Positions 30,685 to 32,399 of a stretch of 32,399 bases of DNA are shown one piece after another (within the stretch, counting starts at the first letter, position 1; each line of letters starts with the position of its first letter). The stretch is from an uncultured Propionivibrio sp. (GTDB lineage Bacteria > Pseudomonadota > Gammaproteobacteria > Burkholderiales > Rhodocyclaceae). The notes under the pieces are model-generated. The model did not search any database. It was not told the DNA's origin and saw only the letters and a list, made by a program, of their open reading frames with translations. The DNA lies in the NCBI GenBank assembly GCA_964448995.1, contig CAYUYI010000001.1, positions 1 to 32,399 on the forward strand. The letters run 5' to 3'. Made by a program: the position numbers and the translations under genes.

Positions 30685-31869
30685 ATGAGTCTTCACGCCA
30701 TTCCCTTCCTTTCCGAAATCGTGGCGATTCGTCGCGATATTCACGCCCATCCCGAACTGGCCTTTAAAGAAAATCGCACCGCCGATCTGGTCGCGCGCGA
30801 ACTGGCGGCCTGTGGTCTCGAAGTGCATCGGGGGCTGGCCGGAACCGGCGTGGTTGGCGTACTGAAGTGCGGCACCAGCCCGCGCAGCATTGGTCTGCGG
30901 GCGGACATGGACGCGCTGCCGGTGCTGGAAATGAACGACTTCGCCCATTGCTCAACGCATCCCGGGCAAATGCACGCGTGTGGCCACGACGGCCACACGG
31001 CGATGTTATTGGGTGCGGCGCGCTATCTGAGTGGAAACGCCGAACGACTTGGCTTGGACGGGACGGTCCATTTTATCTTCCAGCCGGCCGAGGAATCGGA
31101 AGGTGGGGCGCTGGTCATGGTCAAGGATGGGTTGTTCCGCCAGTTCCCGATGGACGCCGTATTCGGTCTGCACAATTGGCCCGGCATTCCGGTTGGCGAA
31201 ATGGCGGTGGTCCCTGGACCGGTCATGGCCGGCACCTGTTGTTTCGAGGTCGTTGTGCGCGGCGAAGGTTGCCATGCCGGAATGCCGCATCAGGGAACTG
31301 ATTCACTGGTCGTCGCCAGCCATCTGGTGCTGGCGCTGCAAACGATCACCTCACGCGAGATTCATCCGTGCGAGTCGGCGGTTGTCAGCGTGACGCAGAT
31401 TCATGGGGGTGATGCGCTCAATGTGATTCCCGAAGAAGCGATCTTGCGGGGGACGATCCGCAGCTTCAAGCCGGAAATCGAGCACTATATCGAGCAGAGC
31501 ATCCGGCGCTTGTGCGCCGGGGTGGGCGAAACCTTTGGCGCGTCGATCACGGTGCGTTTCGACCAGCGCTATCCGCCGACGGTCAATCACCCGATGGAAA
31601 CGGCACGCTGCCAGCGTGCCGCGGCAAGCGTCCTTGGCCAAGCGAAAATTCGTACCGGCGAATTGCCGTCGATGGGCGCGGAAGATTTCGCCTATATGCT
31701 GCGGGAAATACCGGGATGCTATGTCTGGCTGGGGAATGGCGCGACCGAAGATTCCGGTGTGGGTGCTTGCTCGCTTCATAACCCTTACTATGACTTCAAT
31801 GATCAGATCATTCCGCTGGGCATTGCCTATTGGGTCAGTCTCGTTGAAGATGCGTTGGGAAAACAATAA
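30685..31869 (+). CDS. M20D amidohydrolase (aminoacylase/hippurate hydrolase-like)
   Basis: HPELAFKE, LRADMDAL, MHACGHDGH, FQPAEE, GLHNWP, MGAEDF, LHNP. Confidence 0.93.
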   Translation: MSLHAIPFLSEIVAIRRDIHAHPELAFKENRTADLVARELAACGLEVHRGLAGTGVVGVLKCGTSPRSIGLRADMDALPVLEMNDFAHCSTHPGQMHACGHDGHTAMLLGAARYLSGNAERLGLDGTVHFIFQPAEESEGGALVMVKDGLFRQFPMDAVFGLHNWPGIPVGEMAVVPGPVMAGTCCFEVVVRGEGCHAGMPHQGTDSLVVASHLVLALQTITSREIHPCESAVVSVTQIHGGDALNVIPEEAILRGTIRSFKPEIEHYIEQSIRRLCAGVGETFGASITVRFDQRYPPTVNHPMETARCQRAAASVLGQAKIRTGELPSMGAEDFAYMLREIPGCYVWLGNGATEDSGVGACSLHNPYYDFNDQIIPLGIAYWVSLVEDALGKQ

Positions 31870-31893
31870 CTGGGTTGAATCAGGGGGTCGAGA

Positions 31894-32399
31894 ATGAAAA
31901 AACCACACCGAATTTTGGTCGTGGATGGGTCCCGGGTGGTGCGCGCAACGCTGACCAAGCATCTGGGCGGAACTTATGAGGTGCTGGAGGAGGGGAACGG
32001 CGAATCCGCCTGGCAGGTTCTGATGCTTGATCATCAGTTGTCTCTGGTGATTGCCGGCGGTCATCTGCCCAAGCTGGAAGCGCTGGAACTGTTGACGCGG
32101 GTCCGTGCCAGTTCGATCCGCCGGTTGCGCGAGATGCCCTTCGTATTGATCGTGTCGGACCTGGACAACCAGGCGGCCCGCGACAACGAGCGATCTCGCG
32201 GGGCAAACGCCTTCCTCTTGAAAACAATGAAACAGGCGGAGATGCTGGCCATCCTCAGCGGCCTGCTTGAGCCGCCTGCCCAATCCGGTGCGCCGTTGCC
32301 CATCCGCAAAAGCAAGGCGGAAATGGTGGCCCCGGTCCAACCGACGTTGTTGAACGGGGCGAAATTTGACGAGGCGCTGGCCGGAATGACACTGGCTCC
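31894..32399 (+). CDS. Atypical receiver-domain protein, truncated by the window end
   Basis: Manual translation: MKKPHRILVVDGSRVVRATLTKHL...NGESAWQVL...LVIAGGHLPKLEALELL...PFVLIVSD...GANAFLLK...; open to the end of the window. Confidence 0.85.
   Translation, partial: MKKPHRILVVDGSRVVRATLTKHLGGTYEVLEEGNGESAWQVLMLDHQLSLVIAGGHLPKLEALELLTRVRASSIRRLREMPFVLIVSDLDNQAARDNERSRGANAFLLKTMKQAEMLAILSGLLEPPAQSGAPLPIRKSKAEMVAPVQPTLLNGAKFDEALAGMTLA

Noticed and set aside
31351-32340. 329-aa minus-strand ORF
   Set aside because: It is antisense to the amidohydrolase and the receiver-domain gene, both of which have clear motifs.

Overview
This window is the chromosomal replication-origin region of a betaproteobacterium. 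Gene order and protein style suggest Rhodocyclales (inference). The core is gyrB-dnaN-[oriC]-dnaA, divergent from rpmH-rnpA-yidD-yidC-mnmE, with two perfect parS palindromes (16332, 19791). Left of the core lie rsuA, a lysM(tsaP-like)-dprA-topoisomerase III block, def-fmt-htpX (sigma32 promoter), an opposite-strand CDF transporter plus S1/P1 nuclease pair, rsmB-DUF4390-ntrY-ntrX, and a DUF6394-like protein with a K+ channel/RCK gene carrying a one-base frameshift. Right of the core lie a TauE/SafE exporter, a YgbA-like Cys-rich protein, a rapZ-NusG_II-Gx transporter-ubiX-membrane protein operon, an M20 amidohydrolase and a truncated pseudo-receiver protein. No mobile elements, CRISPR arrays, rRNA or tRNA were seen. 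Most of the window is conserved housekeeping. The best candidates for something uncharacterised are the EetA/EetB-like pair coupled to ubiX and the CDF-nuclease cassette. All assignments come from motif recognition by eye; no searches were run.
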